Under the pieces are notes generated by a model, which saw only the letters and a program-made list of their open reading frames with translations, ran no database searches and had not been told where the DNA came from. 64,000 nt of DNA from Eledone cirrhosa (Eukaryota), in NCBI GenBank assembly GCA_964016885.1, contig OZ024741.1, positions 411,432,001-411,496,000 of the forward strand, written 5' to 3'. A program made the position numbers and the translations under genes. Of the stretch, positions 1 through 15,200 are shown one piece after another. Positions within the stretch are counted from its first letter, which is position 1, and the number at the start of each line of letters is the position of its first letter.

Positions 1-207
1 ATAAACGGAATAATAAAGAACTCTCCCGCTGTGAGTACTCCAACGTTGACTTATCCTACAATATTCCAACCTGTTTTTGCTGAAGCAACCAATATAAAGA
101 TTGTCTCTCAACAACTGACATATTACTTAAGAAGTGCCTTCAACTTCCAAATCTCAGAACATGCAGCTTATTTGGATTCTGCCCTGAATACAAAACTGCC
201 AGAATCT
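1..207 (+). CDS. Host gene coding exon A (5' boundary at or before the window start); MUN-domain-like (Munc13/CAPS-related) protein
   Basis: Frame 1 is open from base 1 (INGIIKNSPAV...SALNTKLPES) and ends at a donor TCT|GTAAGT (GT at 208), phase 0, compatible with the next exon. An alternative acceptor AG at 98-99 is possible. Confidence 0.65.
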
Positions 208-261
208 GTAAGTAACCGGAACCCTTTGTTAACATATTTCTAATAAAAGACACTATTTTAT

Positions 262-3200
262 TCAATGCACCTGGTTCACCCTGTAATGTAGTTTGCTGGT
301 TACATGATGAAAAAGTACCTGGTCCACCCTGTAAATTGATCAAACTGATGACACAATGAAAAAGCTCCTAGTCCACCCTGTAAGGTGGGTGTGCTGGTGA
401 GATGACAAAAAACACCCAGTCTACCCTGTAAGGTCCTCACATTGGTTACACAACAAAACCCCTAAGTCTACACTGTAAGGTCCTCACATTGGTTACACAA
501 CAATAAACCCTCAGTCTACCATGTAAGGTCCTCACATTGGTTACACAACAAAAAACACCCAGTCTACCCTGTAAGGTCCTCATATTGGTTACACAACAAA
601 AAACACACAGTCTACCCTGTAAGGTCCTCATATTGGTTACACAACAAAACCCCTCAGTCTACCATGTAAGCTCCTCATATTGGTTACACAACAAAAAACA
701 CCCAGACTACCCTGTAAGGTCCTCATATTGGTTACACAACAAAAAACACACAGTCTACCCTGTAAGGTCCTCATATTGGTTACACAACAAAAAACACCCA
801 GTCTACCCTGTAAGGTCCTCATATTGGTTACACAACAAAACCCCTCAGTCTACCATGTAAGCTCCTCATATTGGTTACACAACAAAAAACACCCAGACTA
901 CCCTGTAAGGTCCTCATATTGGTTACACAACAAAAAACACACAGTCTACCCTGTAAGGTCCTCATATTGGTTACACAACAAAAAACACCCAGTCTACCCT
1001 GTAAGGTCCTCATATTGGTTACACAACAAAACCCCTCAGTCTACCATGTAAGCTCCTCATATTGGTTACACAACAAAAAACACCCAGTCTACCCTGTAAG
1101 GTCCTCACATTGGTTACACAAAAAAAAACACCCAGTCTACCCTGTAAGGTCCTCACATTGGTTACACAACAAAAAACACCCAGTCTACCCTGTAAGGTCC
1201 TCACATTGGTTACACAACAAAAAACCCTCAGTCTACCATGTAAGGTCCTCACATTGGTTACACAACAAAAAACACCCAGTCTACCCTGTAAGGTCCTCAC
1301 ATTGGTTACACAACAATAAACCCTCAGTCTACCCTGTAAGGTCCACACATTGGTTACACAACAAAAAACACCCAGTCTACCCTGTAAGGTCCTCACATTG
1401 GTTACACAACAAAAAACACCTGGCCCACCCTGTAAGGTTACACAACAAAAAAGGACCTTACATTGGTTACACAACAAAAAACCCTCAGTCTACCATGTAA
1501 GGTCCTCACATTGGTTACACAACAAAAAACACCCAGTCTACCCTGTAAGGTCCACACATTGGTTACACAACAAAAAAAAACCATTCTACCCTGTAAGGTC
1601 GTCACATTGGTTACACAACAAAAAACACCCAGTCTACCCTGTAAGGTCCTCACATTGGTTACACAACAAAAAACACCCAGTCTACCCTGTAAGGTCCTCA
1701 CATTGGTTACACAACAAAAAACACCCAGTCTACCCTGTAAGATCCTCACATTGGTTACACAACAAAAAACACCCAGTCTACCCTGAAAGGACCTCACATT
1801 GGTTACACAACAAAAAACCCTCAGTCTACCCTGTAAGGTCCTCACATTGGTTACACAACAAAAAACACCCAGTCTAGCCTGTAAGGTCCTCACATTGGTT
1901 ACACAACAAAAAACACCCAGTCTACCCTGTAAGGTCCTCACATTGGTTACACAACAAAAAACACCCAGTCTACCCTGTAAGGTCCTCACATTGGTTACAC
2001 AACAAAAAACACCCAGTCTACCCTGTAAGGTCCTCACATTGGTTACACAACAAAAAACACCCAGTCTACCCTGTAAGGTCCTCACATTGGTTACACAACA
2101 AAAGACACCCAGTCTACCCTGTAAGGACCTCACTTTGGTTACACAACAAAAAACACCCAGTCTACTCTGTAAGGTCCTCACATTGGTTACACAACAAAAA
2201 ACACCCAGTCTACCCTGTAAGGTCCTCACATTGGTTACACAACAAAAAACACCCAGTCTACCCTGTAAGGTCCTCACATTGGTTACACAACAAAAACACC
2301 CAGTCTACCCTGTAAGGTCCTCACATTGGTTACACAACAAAAAAAAACCAGTCTATCCTGTAAGGTCCTCACATTGGTTACACAACAAAAAACACCCAGT
2401 CTACCCTGTAATGTCCACACATTGGTTACACAACAAAAACACCCAGTCTACCCTGTAAGGTCCTCACATTGGTTACACAACAAAAACACCCAGTCTACCC
2501 TGTAAGGTCCTCACATTGGTTACACAACAAAAAAAAACCAGTCTACCCTGTAAGGTCGTCACATTGGTTACACAACAAAAAACACTCAGTCTACCCTGTA
2601 AGGTCCTCACATTGGTTACACAACAAAAAACACCCAGTCTACCCTGTAAGGTCCTCACATTGGTTACACAACAAAAAAAAACCAGTCTACCCTGTAAGGT
2701 CGTCACATTGGTTACACAACAAAAACACCCAGTCTACCCTGTAAGGTCCTCACATTGGTTACACAACAAAAACACCCAGTCTACCCTTTAAGGTCCTCAC
2801 ATTGGTTACACAACAAAAAAAAACCAGTCTACCCTGTAAGGTCGTCACATTGGTTACACAACAAAAAACACTCAGTCTACCCTGTAAGGTCCTCACATTG
2901 GTTACACAACAAAAAACACCCAGTCTACCCTGTAAGGTCCTCACATTGGTTACACAACAAAAAAAAACCAGTCTACCCTGTAAGGTCGTCACATTGGTTA
3001 CACAACAAAAACACCCAGTCTACCCTGTAAGGTCCTCACATTGGTTACACAACAAAAACACCCAGTCTACCCTGTAAGGTCCTCACATTGGTTACACAAC
3101 AAAAAAAAACCAGTCTACCCTGTAAGGTCGTCACATTGGTTACACAACAAAAAACACTCAGTCTACCCTGTAAGGTCCTCACATTGGTTACACAACAAAA

Positions 3201-6200
3201 AACACCCAGTCTACCCTGTAAGGTCCTCACATTGGTTACACAACAAAAAAAACCCAGTCTACCCTGTAAGGTCCTCACATTGGTTACACAACAAAACCCC
3301 TCAGTCTACCCTGTAAGGTCCTCATATTGGTTACACAACAAAAAACACCCAGTCTACCCTGTAAGGTCCTCATATTGGTTACACAACAAAAAACACCCAG
3401 TCTACCCTGTAAGGTCCTCATATTGGTTACACAACAAAACCCCTCAGTCTACCATGTAAGCTCCTCACATTGGTTACACAAAAAAAAACACCCAGTCTAC
3501 CCTGTAAGGTCCTCATATTGGTTACACAACAAAAAACACCCAGTCTACCCTGTAAGGTCCTCACATTGGTTACACAACAAAACCCCTCAGTCTACCCTGT
3601 AAGGTCCTCATATTGGTTACACAACAAAAAACACCCAGTCTACCCTGTAAGGTCCTCACATTGGTTACACAAAAAAAAACACCCAGTCTACCCTGTAAGG
3701 TCCTCACATTGGTTACACAACAAAAAACACCCAGTCTACCCTGTAAGGTCCTCACATTGGTTACACAACAAAAAACCCTCAGTCTACCATGTAAGGTCCT
3801 CACATTGGTTACACAACAAAAAACACCCAGTCTACCCTGTAAGGTCCTCACATTGGTTACACAACAATAAACCCTCAGTGTACCCTGTAAGGTCCACACA
3901 TTGGTTACACAACAAAAAACACCCAGTCTACCCTGTAAGGTCCTCACATTGGTTACACAACAAAAAACACCTGGCCCACCCTGTAAGGTTACACAACAAA
4001 AAAGGACCTTACGTTGGTTACACAACAATAAACCCTCAGTCTACCCTGTAAGGTCCACACATTGGTTACACAACAAAAAAAAACCAGTCTACCCTGTAAG
4101 GTCGTCACATTGGTTACACAACAAAAAACACTCAGTCTACCCTGTAAGGTCCTCACATTGGTTACACAACAAAAAACACCCAGTCTACCCTGTAAGGTCC
4201 TCACATTGGTTACACAACAAAAAACACCCAGTCTACCCTGTAAGATCCTCACATTGGTTACACAACAAAAAACACCCAGTCTACCCTGAAAGGACCTCAC
4301 ATTGGTTACACCACAAAAAACCCTCAGTCTACCCTGTAAGGTCCTCACATTGGTTACACAACAAAAAACACCCAGTCTACCCTGTAAGGTCCTCACATTG
4401 GTTACACAACAAAAAACACCCAGTCTACCCTGTAAGGTCCTCACATTGGTTACACAACAAAAAACACCCAGTCTACCCTGTAAGGTCCTCACATTGGTTA
4501 CACAACAAAAAACACCCAGTCTACCCTGTAAGGTCCTCACATTGGTTACACAACAAAAAACACCCAGTCTACCCTGTAAGGTCCTCACATTGGTTACACA
4601 ACAAAAAACACCCAGTCTACTCTGTAAGGTCCTCACATTGGTTACACAACAAAAAACACCCAGTCTACTCTGTAAGGTCCTCACATTGGTTACACAACAA
4701 AAAACTCTCAGTCTACCCTGTAAGGTCCTCACATTGGTTACACAACAAAAAACACCCAGTCTACTCTATAAGGTCCTCACATTGGTTACACAACAAAAAA
4801 CTCTCAGTCTACCCTGTAAGGTCCTCACATTGGTTACACAACAAAAAACACCCAGTCTACTCTGTAAGGTCCTCACATTGGTTACACAAAAAAAAACTCT
4901 CAGTCTACCCTGTAAGGTCCTCACATTGGTTACACAACAAAAAACACCCAGTCTACTCTGTAAGGTCCTCACATTGGTTACACAACAAAAAACCCTCAGT
5001 CAACCCTGTAAGCTCCTCACATTGGTTACACAACAAAAAAAAACCAGTCTATCCTGTAAGGTCCTCACATTGGTTACACAACAAAAAACACCCAGTCTAC
5101 CCTGTAAGGTCCTCACATTGGTTACACAACAAAAACACCCAGTCTACCCTGTAAGGTCCACACATAGGTTACACAACAAAAAACACCCAGTCTACCCTGT
5201 AAGGTCCTCACATTGGTTACACAACAAAAAACACCTGGCCCACCCTGTAAGGTCCTCACATTGGTTACACAACAAAAAAAACCCAGTCTACCCTGTAAGG
5301 TCCTCACATTGGTTACACAACAAAAAACACCCAGTCTACCCTGTAAGGTCGTCACATTGGTTACACAACAAAAAACACCCAGTCTACCCTGTAAGGACCT
5401 CACATTGGTTACACAACAAAAAACACCCAGTCTACCCTGTAAGGTTCTCACATTGGTTACACAACAAAAAACACCCAGTCTACCCTGTAAGGTCCTCACA
5501 TTGGTTACACAACAAAAAACCCTCAGTCTACCCTGTAAGATCCTCACATTGGTTACACAACAAAAAACCCTCAGTCTACCCTGTAAGATCCTCACATTGG
5601 TTACACAACAAAAAACACCCAGTCTACCCTGTAAGGTCCTCACATTGGTTACACAACAAAAAACACCCAGACTACCCTGTAAGGTCCTCACATTTGTTAC
5701 ACAACAAAAAACACCCAGTCTACCCTGTAAGGTCCTCACATTGGTTACAAAACAAAAAACCCTCAGTCTACCCTGGAAGGTCCACACATTGGTTACACAA
5801 CAAAAAACACCCAGTCTACCCTGTAAGGTCCACACATTGGTTACACAACAAAAAACACCCAGTCTACCCTGTAAGGTCCTCACATTGGTTACACAACAAA
5901 AAACCCTCAGTTTACTCTGTAAGGTCCTCACATTGGTTACACAACAAAAAACACCCAGTCTACTCTGTAAGGTCCTCACATTGGTTACACAACAAAAAAC
6001 ACCCAGTCTACTCTGTAAGGTCCTCACATTGGTTACACAACAAAAAAAAACCCAGTCTACCCTGTAAGGTCCTCACATTGGTTACACAACAAAAAACACC
6101 CAGTCTACCCTGTAAGGTCCTCACATTGGTTACGCAACAAAAAATCCTCAGTTTACCCTGTAAGATCCTCACATTGGTTACACAACAAAAAACCCTCAAT

Positions 6201-9200
6201 CTACCCTGTAAGCTCCTCACATTGGTTACACAACAAAAAACCCTCAGTCTACCCTGTAAGATCCTCACATTGGTTACACAACAAAAAACACCCAGACTAC
6301 CCTGTAAGGTCCTCACATTTGTTACACAACAAAAAACACCCAGTCTACCCTGTAAGGTCCTCACATTTGTTACACAACAAAAAACACCCAGTCTACCCTG
6401 TAAGGTCCTCACATTTGTTACACAACAAAAAACACCCAGACTACCCTGTAAGGTCCTCACATTTGTTACACAACAAAAAACACCCAGTCTACCCTGTAAG
6501 GTCCTCACATTTGTTACACAACAAAAAACACCCAGTCTACCCTGTAAGGTCCTCACATTTGTTACACAACAAAAAACACCCAGTCTACCCTGTAAGGTCC
6601 TCACATTGGTTACACAACAAAAAACACCCAGTCTACCCTGTAAGGTCCACACATTGGTTACACAACAAAAAACACCCAGTCTACCCTGTAAGGTCCTCAC
6701 ATTGGTTACAAAACAAAAAACCCTCAGTCTACCCTGTAAGGTCCTCACATTGGTTAAACAACAAAAAACACCCAGTCTACCCTGTAAGGTCCACACATTG
6801 GTTACACAACAAAAAACACCCAGTCTACCCTGTAAGGTCCTCACATTGGTTACAGAACAAAAAACACCCAGTCTACTCTGTAGGGTCCTCACATTGGTTA
6901 CACAACAAAAAACACCCAGACTACCCTGTAAGGTCCTCACATTTGTTACACAACAAAAAACACCCAGTCTACCCTGTAAGGTCCTCACATTGGTTACACA
7001 ACAAAAAACACCCAGTCTACCCTGTAAGGTCCACACATTGGTTACACAACAAAAAACACCCAGTCTACCCTGTAAGGTCCTCACATTGGTTACAGAACAA
7101 AAAACACCCAGTCTACTCTGTAGGGTCCTCACATTGGTTACACAACAAAAAACACCCAGACTACCCTGTAAGGTCCTCACATTTGTTACACAACAAAAAA
7201 CACCCAGTCTACCCTGTAAGGTCCTCACATTGGTTACACAACAAAAAACACCCAGTCTACCCTGTAAGGTCCACACATTGGTTACACAACAAAAAACACC
7301 CAGTCTACCCTGTAAGGTCCTCACATTGGTTACAAAACAAAAAACCCTCAGTCTACCCTGTAAGGTCCTCACATTGGTTAAACAACAAAAAACACCCAGT
7401 CTACCCTGTAAGGTCCACACATTGGTTACACAACAAAAAACACCCAGTCTACCCTGTAAGGTCCTCACATTGGTTACAGAACAAAAAACACCCAGTCTAC
7501 TCTGTAGGGTCCTCACATTGGTTACAGAACAAAAAACACCCAGTCTACTCTGTAAGGTCCTCACATTGGTTACACAACAAGAAACACCAAGTCTACCCTG
7601 TAAGGTCCTCACATTGGTTACACAACAAAAAACCCTCAGTCTACCCTGTAAGATCCTCACATTGGTTACACAACAAAAAACCCTCAGTCTACCCTGTAAG
7701 GTCCTCACATTGGTTACACAACAAGAAACACCCAGACTACCCTGTAAGATCCTCACATTGGTTACACAACAAAAAACACCCAGTCTACCCTGTAAGGTTC
7801 TCACATTTGTTACACAACAAAAAACCCTCAGTCTACCCTGTAAGATCCTCACATTGGTTACACAACAAAAAACACCCAGTCTAGCCTGTAAGGTCCTCAC
7901 ATTGGTTACAAAACAAAAAACCCTCAGACTACCCTGTAAGGTCCACACATTGGTTACACAACAAAAAAACACCCAGTCTACCCTGTAAGGTCCTCACATT
8001 GGTTACACAACAAAAAACCCTCAGTTTACTCTGTAAGGTCCTCACATTGGTTACACAACAAAAAACACCCAGTCTACTCTGTAAGGTCCTCACATTGGTT
8101 ACACACAAAAAACACCCAGTCTACTCTGTAAGGTCCTCACATTGGTTACACAACAAAAAACCCTCAGTCTACCCTGTAAGGTCCTCACATTGGTTACACA
8201 ACAAAAAACACCCAGTCTACCCTGTAAGGTCCTCACATTGGTTACACAACAAAAAACACCAAGTCTACCCTGTAAGGTCCTCACATTGGTTACACAACAA
8301 AAAACACCCAGTCTACCCTGTAAGGTCCTCACATTGGTTACACAACAAAAAACACCCAGTCTACCCTGTAAGGACCTCACTTTGGTTACACAACAAAAAA
8401 CACCCAGTCTACCCTGTAAGGTCCTCACATTGGTTAAACAACAAAAAACACCCAGTCTACCCTGTAAGGTCCACACATTGGTTACACAACAAAAAACACC
8501 CAGTCTACCCTGTAAGGTCCTCACATTGGTTACACAACAAAAAACCCTCAGTTTACTCTGTAAGGTCCTCACATTGGTTACACAACAAAAAACACCCAGT
8601 CTACTCTGTAAGGTCCTCACATTGGTTACACAACAAAAAACACCCAGTCTACCCTGTAAGGTCCTCACATTGGTTACACAACAAAAAACACCCAGTCTAC
8701 CCTGTAAGGTCCTCACATTGGTTACACAACAAAAAACACCCAGTCTACTCTGTAAGGTCCTCACATTGGTTACACAACAAAAAACACCCAGTCTACTCTG
8801 TAAGGTCCTCACATTGGTTACACAACAAAAAACACCCAGTCTACTCTGTAAGGTCCTCACATTGGTTACAGAACAAAAAAACACCCAGTCTACTCTGTAA
8901 GGTCCTCACATTGGTTACACAACAAAAAACACCCAGTCTACTCTGTAAGGTCCTCACATTGGTTACACAACAAAAAACACCCAGTCTACTCTGTAAGGTC
9001 CACACATTGGTTACAGAACAAAAAAACACCCAGTCTACTCTGTAAGGTCCTCACATTGGTTACACAACAAGAAACACCCAGTCTACTCAGTAAGGTCCTC
9101 ACATTGGTTACACAACAAAAAACACCAAGTCTACTCTGTAAGGTCCTCACATTGGTTACACAACAAAAAACACCAAGTCTACCCTGTAAGGTCCTCACAT

Positions 9201-12200
9201 TGGTTACACAACAAAAAACACCCAGTCTACCCTGTAAGGTCCTCACATTGGTTACACAACAAAAAACACCCAGTCTACCCTGTAAGGACCTCACTTTGGT
9301 TACACAACAAAAAACACCCAGTCTACCCTGTAAGGTCCTCACATTGGTTAAACAACAAAAAACACCCAGTCTACCCTGTAAGGTCCACACATTGGTTACA
9401 CAACAAAAAACACCCAGTCTACCCTGTAAGGTCCTCACATTGGTTACACAACAAAAAACCCTCAGTTTACTCTGTAAGGTCCTCACATTGGTTACACAAC
9501 AAAAAACACCCAGTCTACTCTGTAAGGTCCTCACATTGGTTACACAACAAAAAACACCCAGTCTACCCTGTAAGGTCCTCACATTGGTTACACAACAAAA
9601 AACACCCAGTCTACCCTGTAAGGTCCTCACATTGGTTACACAACAAAAAACACCCAGTCTACTCTGTAAGGTCCTCACATTGGTTACACAACAAAAAACA
9701 CCCAGTCTACTCTGTAAGGTCCTCACATTGGTTACACAACAAAAAACACCCAGTCTACTCTGTAAGGTCCTCACATTGGTTACAGAACAAAAAAACACCC
9801 AGTCTACTCTGTAAGGTCCTCACATTGGTTACACAACAAAAAACACCCAGTCTACTCTGTAAGGTCCTCACATTGGTTACACAACAAAAAACACCCAGTC
9901 TACTCTGTAAGGTCCTCACATTGGTTACAGAACAAAAAAACACCCAGTCTACTCTGTAAGGTCCTCACATTGGTTACACAACAAGAAACACCCAGTCTAC
10001 TCAGTAAGGTCCTCACATTGGTTACACAACAAAAAACCCTCAGTCTACCCTGTAAGATCCTCACATTGGTTACACAACAAAAAACCCTCAGTCTACCCTG
10101 TAAGATCCTCACATTGGTTACACAACAAAAAACCCTCAGTCTACCCTGTAAGATCCTCACATTGGTTACACAACAAAAAACACCCAGTCTACCCTGTAAG
10201 ATCCTCACATTGGTTACACAACAAAAAACACCCAGACTACCCTGTAAGGTTCTCACATTTGTTACACAACAAAAAACACCCAGTCTACCCTGTAAGGTCC
10301 TCACATTGGTTACACAACAAAAAACACCCAGTCTACCCTGTAAGGTCCTCACATTGGTTACACAACAAAAAACACCAAGTCTACCCTGTAAGGTCCTCAC
10401 ATTGGTTACACAACAAAAAACACCCAGTCTACTCTGTAAGGTCCTCACATTGGTTACACAACAAAAAACACCCAGTCTACTCTGTAAGGTCCTCACATTG
10501 GTTACACAACAAAAAACACCCAGTCTACTCTGTAAGGTCCTCACATTGGTTACACAACAAAAAACACCCAGTCTACCCTGTAAGGTCCTCACATTGGTTA
10601 CACAACAAAAAACACCCAGTCTACCCTGTAAGGTCCTCACATTGGTTACACAACAAAAAACACCCAGTCTACCCTGTAAGGTCCTCACATTGGTTACACA
10701 ACAAAAAACACCAAGTCTACCCTGTAAGGTCCTCACATTGGTTACACAACAAAAAACACCCAGTCTACTCTGTAAGGTCCTCACATTGGTTACACAACAA
10801 AAAACACCCAGTCTACTCTGTAAGGTCCTCACATTGGTTACACAACAAAAAACACCCAGTCTACTCTGTAAGGTCCTCACATTGGTTACACAACAAAAAA
10901 CACCCAGTCTACCCTGTAAGGTCCTCACATTGGTTACACAACAAAAAACACCCAGTCTACCCTGTAAGGTCCTCACATTGATTACACAACAAAAAACACC
11001 CAGTCTACCCTGTAAGGACCTCACTTTGGTTACACAACAAAAAACACCCAGTCTACCCTGTAAGGTCCTCACATTGGTTAAACAACAAAAAACACCCAGT
11101 CTACCCTGTAAGGTCCTCACATTGGTTACACAACAAAAAACACCCAGTCTACCCTGTAAGGTCCTCACATTGATTACACAACAAAAAACACCCAGTCTAC
11201 CCTGTAAGGACCTCACTTTGGTTACACAACAAAAAACACCCAGTCTACCCTGTAAGGTCCTCACATTGGTTACACAACAAAAAACACCCAGTCTACCCTG
11301 TAAGGTCCTCACATTGGTTACACAACAAAAAACACCCAGTCTACCCTGTAAGGTCCTCACATTGGTTACACAACAAAAAACCCTCAGTCTACCCTGTAAG
11401 GTCCTCACATTGGTTAAACAACAAAAAACACCCAGTCTACCCTGTAAGGTCCACACATTGGTTACACAACAAAAAACACCCAGTCTACCCTGTAAGGTCC
11501 TCACATTGGTTACACAACAAAAAACACCCAGTCTACTCTGTAAGGTCCTCACATTGGTTACACAACAAAAAACACCCAGTCTACCCTGTAAGGTCCTCAC
11601 ATTGGTTACACAACAAAAAACACCCAGTCTACCCTGTAAGGTCCTCACATTGGTTACACAACAAAAAACACCCAGTCTACTCTGTAAGGTCCTCACATTG
11701 GTTACAGAACAAAAAACACCCAGTCTACTCTGTAAGGTCCTCACATTGGTTACACAACAAAAAACCCTCAGTCTACCCTGTAAGGTCCACACATTGGTTA
11801 CACAACAAAAAACACCCAGTCTACTCTGTAAGGTCCTCACATTGGTTACACAACAAAAAACCCTCAGTCTACCCTGTAAGGTCCACACATTGGTTACACA
11901 ACAAGAAACACCCAGTCTACTCTGTAAGGTCCTCACATTGGTTACACAACAAAAAACCATCAGTCTACCCTGTAAGATCCTCACATTGGTTACACAACAA
12001 AAAACACCCAGTCTACTCTGTAAGGTCCTCACATTGGTTACACAACAAAAAACACCCAGTCTACCCTGTAAGGTTCTCACATTTGTTACACAACAAAAAA
12101 CACCCAGTCTACCCTGTAAGGTCCTCACATTGGTTACGCAACAAAAAACCCTCAGTCTACCCTGTAAGGTCCTCACATTGGTTACGCAACAAAAAACCCT

Positions 12201-15200
12201 CAATCTACCCTGTAAGGTCCTCACATTGGTTACGCAACAAAAAACCCTCAGTCTACACTGTAAGATCCTCACATTGGTTACACAACAAAAAACACCCAGA
12301 CTACCCTGTAAGGTCCTCACATTTGTTACACAACAAAAAACACCCAGTCTACCCTGTAAGGTCCTCACATTTGTTACACAACAAAAAACACCCAGACTAC
12401 CCTGTAAGGTCCTCACATTTGTTACACAACAAAAAACACCCAGTCTACCCTGTAAGGTCCTCACATTGGTTACAAAAAAAAACCCCTCAGTCTACCCTGT
12501 AAGGTCCTCACATTGGTTAAACAACAAAAAACACCCAGTGTACCCTGTAAGGTCCACACATTGGTTACACAGCAAAAAACACCCAGTCTACCTTGTAAGG
12601 TCCTCACATTGGTTACACAACAAAAAACCCTCAGTTTACTCTGTAAGGTCCTCACATTGGTTACACAACAAAAAACACCCAGTCTACTCTGTAAGGTCCT
12701 CACATTGGTTACACAACAAAAAACACCCAGTCTACCTTGTAAGGTCCTCACATTGGTTACACAACAAAAAACCCTCACTTTACTCTGTAAGGTCCTCACA
12801 TTGGTTACACAACAAAAAACACCCAGACTACCCTGTAAGGTCCTCACATTTGTTACACAACAAAAAACACCCAGTCTACCCTGTAAGGTCCTCACATTGG
12901 TTACAAAACAAAAAACCCTCAGTTTACTCTGTAAGGTCCTCACATTGGTTACACAACAAAAAACACCCAGTCTACCCTGTAAGGTCCTCACATTGGTTAC
13001 ACAACAAAAACCCTCAGTCTACTCTGTAAGGTCCTCACATTGGTTACAGAACAAAAAACACCCAGTCTACTCTGTAAGGTCCTCACATTGGTTACACAAC
13101 AAGAAACACCCAGTCTACTCTGTAAGGTCCTCACATTGGTTACACAACAAAAAACCCTCAGTTTACTCTGTAAGGTCCTCACATTGGTTACACAACAAAA
13201 AACCCTCAGTCTACCCTGTAAGGTCCTCACATTGGTTACACAACAAAAAACACCCAGTCTACCCTGTAAGGTCCTCACATTGGTTACACAACGAAAAACA
13301 CCCAGTCTACCCTGTAAGGTCCTCACATTGGTTACACAATAAAAAACACCCAGTCTACCCTGTAAGGTTCTCACATTGGTTACACAACAAAAAACACCCA
13401 GTCTACCCTGTAAGGTCCTCACATTGGTTACACAACAAAAAACCCTCAGTCTACCCTGTAAGGTCCTCACATTGGTTACACAACAAAAAACACCCAGTCT
13501 ACCCTGTAAGGTCCTCACATTGGTTACACAACAAAAAACACCCAGTCTACCCTGTAAGGTCCTCACATTGGTTACACAACAAAAAACCCTCAGTCTACCC
13601 TGTAAGGTCCTCACATTGGTTACACAACAAAAAACCCTCAGTCTACCCTGTAAGGTCCTCACATTGGTTACACAACAAAAAACCCTCAGTCTACCCTTGA
13701 AGGTCCTCACACTGGTTACACAACAAAAAACACCCAGTCTACCCTGTAAGGTCCTCACATTGGTTACACAACAAAAAACCCTCAGTCTACCCTGTAAGGT
13801 CCTCACATTGGCTACACAACAAAAAAACACCCAGTCTACCCTGTAAGGTCCTCACATTGGTTACACAACAAAAAACCCTCAGTCTACCCTGTAAGGTCAT
13901 CACATTGGTTACACAACAAAAAACCCTCAGTCTACCCTGTAAGGTCCTCACATTGGTTACACAACAAAAAACCCTCAGTCTACCCTGTAAGGTCCTCACA
14001 TTGGTTACACAACAAAAAACCCTCAGTCTACCCTGTAAGGTCCTCACATTGGTTACACAACAAAAAACACCCAGTCTGCCCTGTAAGGTCCTCACACTGG
14101 TTACACAACAAAAAACACCCAGTCTACCCTGTAAGGTCCTCACATTGGTTACACAACAAAAAACAACCAGTCTACCCTGTAAGGTCCTCACATTGGTTAC
14201 ACAACAAAAAACCCTCAGTCTACCCTGTAAGGTCCTCACACTGGTTACACAACAAAAAACACCCAGTCTACCCTGTAAGGTCCTCACATTGGTTACACAA
14301 CAAAAAACAACCAGTCTACCCTGTAAGGTCCCCACATTGGTTACACAACAAAAAACAACCAGTCTACCCTGTAAGGTCCTCACATTGGTTACACAACAAA
14401 AAACACCCAGTCTACCCTGTAAGGTCCCCACATTGGTTACACAACAAAAAACAACCAGTCTACCCTGTAAGGTCCTCACATTGGTTACACAACAAAAAAC
14501 ACCCAGTCTACCCTGTAAGGTCCCCACATTGGTTACACAACAAAAAACAACCAGTCTACCCTGTAAGGTCCCCACATTGGTTACACAACAAAAAACAACC
14601 AGTCTACCCTGTAAGGTCCCCACATTGGTTACACAACAAAAAACAACCAGTCTACCCTGTAAGGTCCCCACATTGGTTACACAACAAAAAACAACCAGTC
14701 TACCCTGTAAGGTCCTTACATTGGTTACACAACAAAAAACACCCAGTCTACCCTGTAAGGTCCCCACATTGGTTACACAACAAAAAACAACCAGTCTACC
14801 CTGTAAGGTCCTCACATTGGTTACACAACAAAAAACACCCAGTCTACCCTGTAAGGTCCCCACATTGGTTACACAACAAAAAACAACCAGTCTACCCTGT
14901 AAGGTCCTCACATTGGTTACACAACAAAAAACAACCAGTCTACTCTGTAAGGTCCTCACATTGGTTACACAACAAAAAACAACCAGTCTACCCTGTAAGG
15001 TCCTCACATTGGTTACACAACAAAAAACAACCAGTCTACCCTGTAAGGTCCTCACATTGGTTACACAACAAAAAACACCCAGTCTACCCTGTAAGGTCCT
15101 CACATTGGTTACACAACAAAAAACCCTCAGTCTACCCTGTAAGGTCCTCACATTGGTTACACAACAAAAAACACCCAGTCTACCCTGTAAGGTCCCCACA

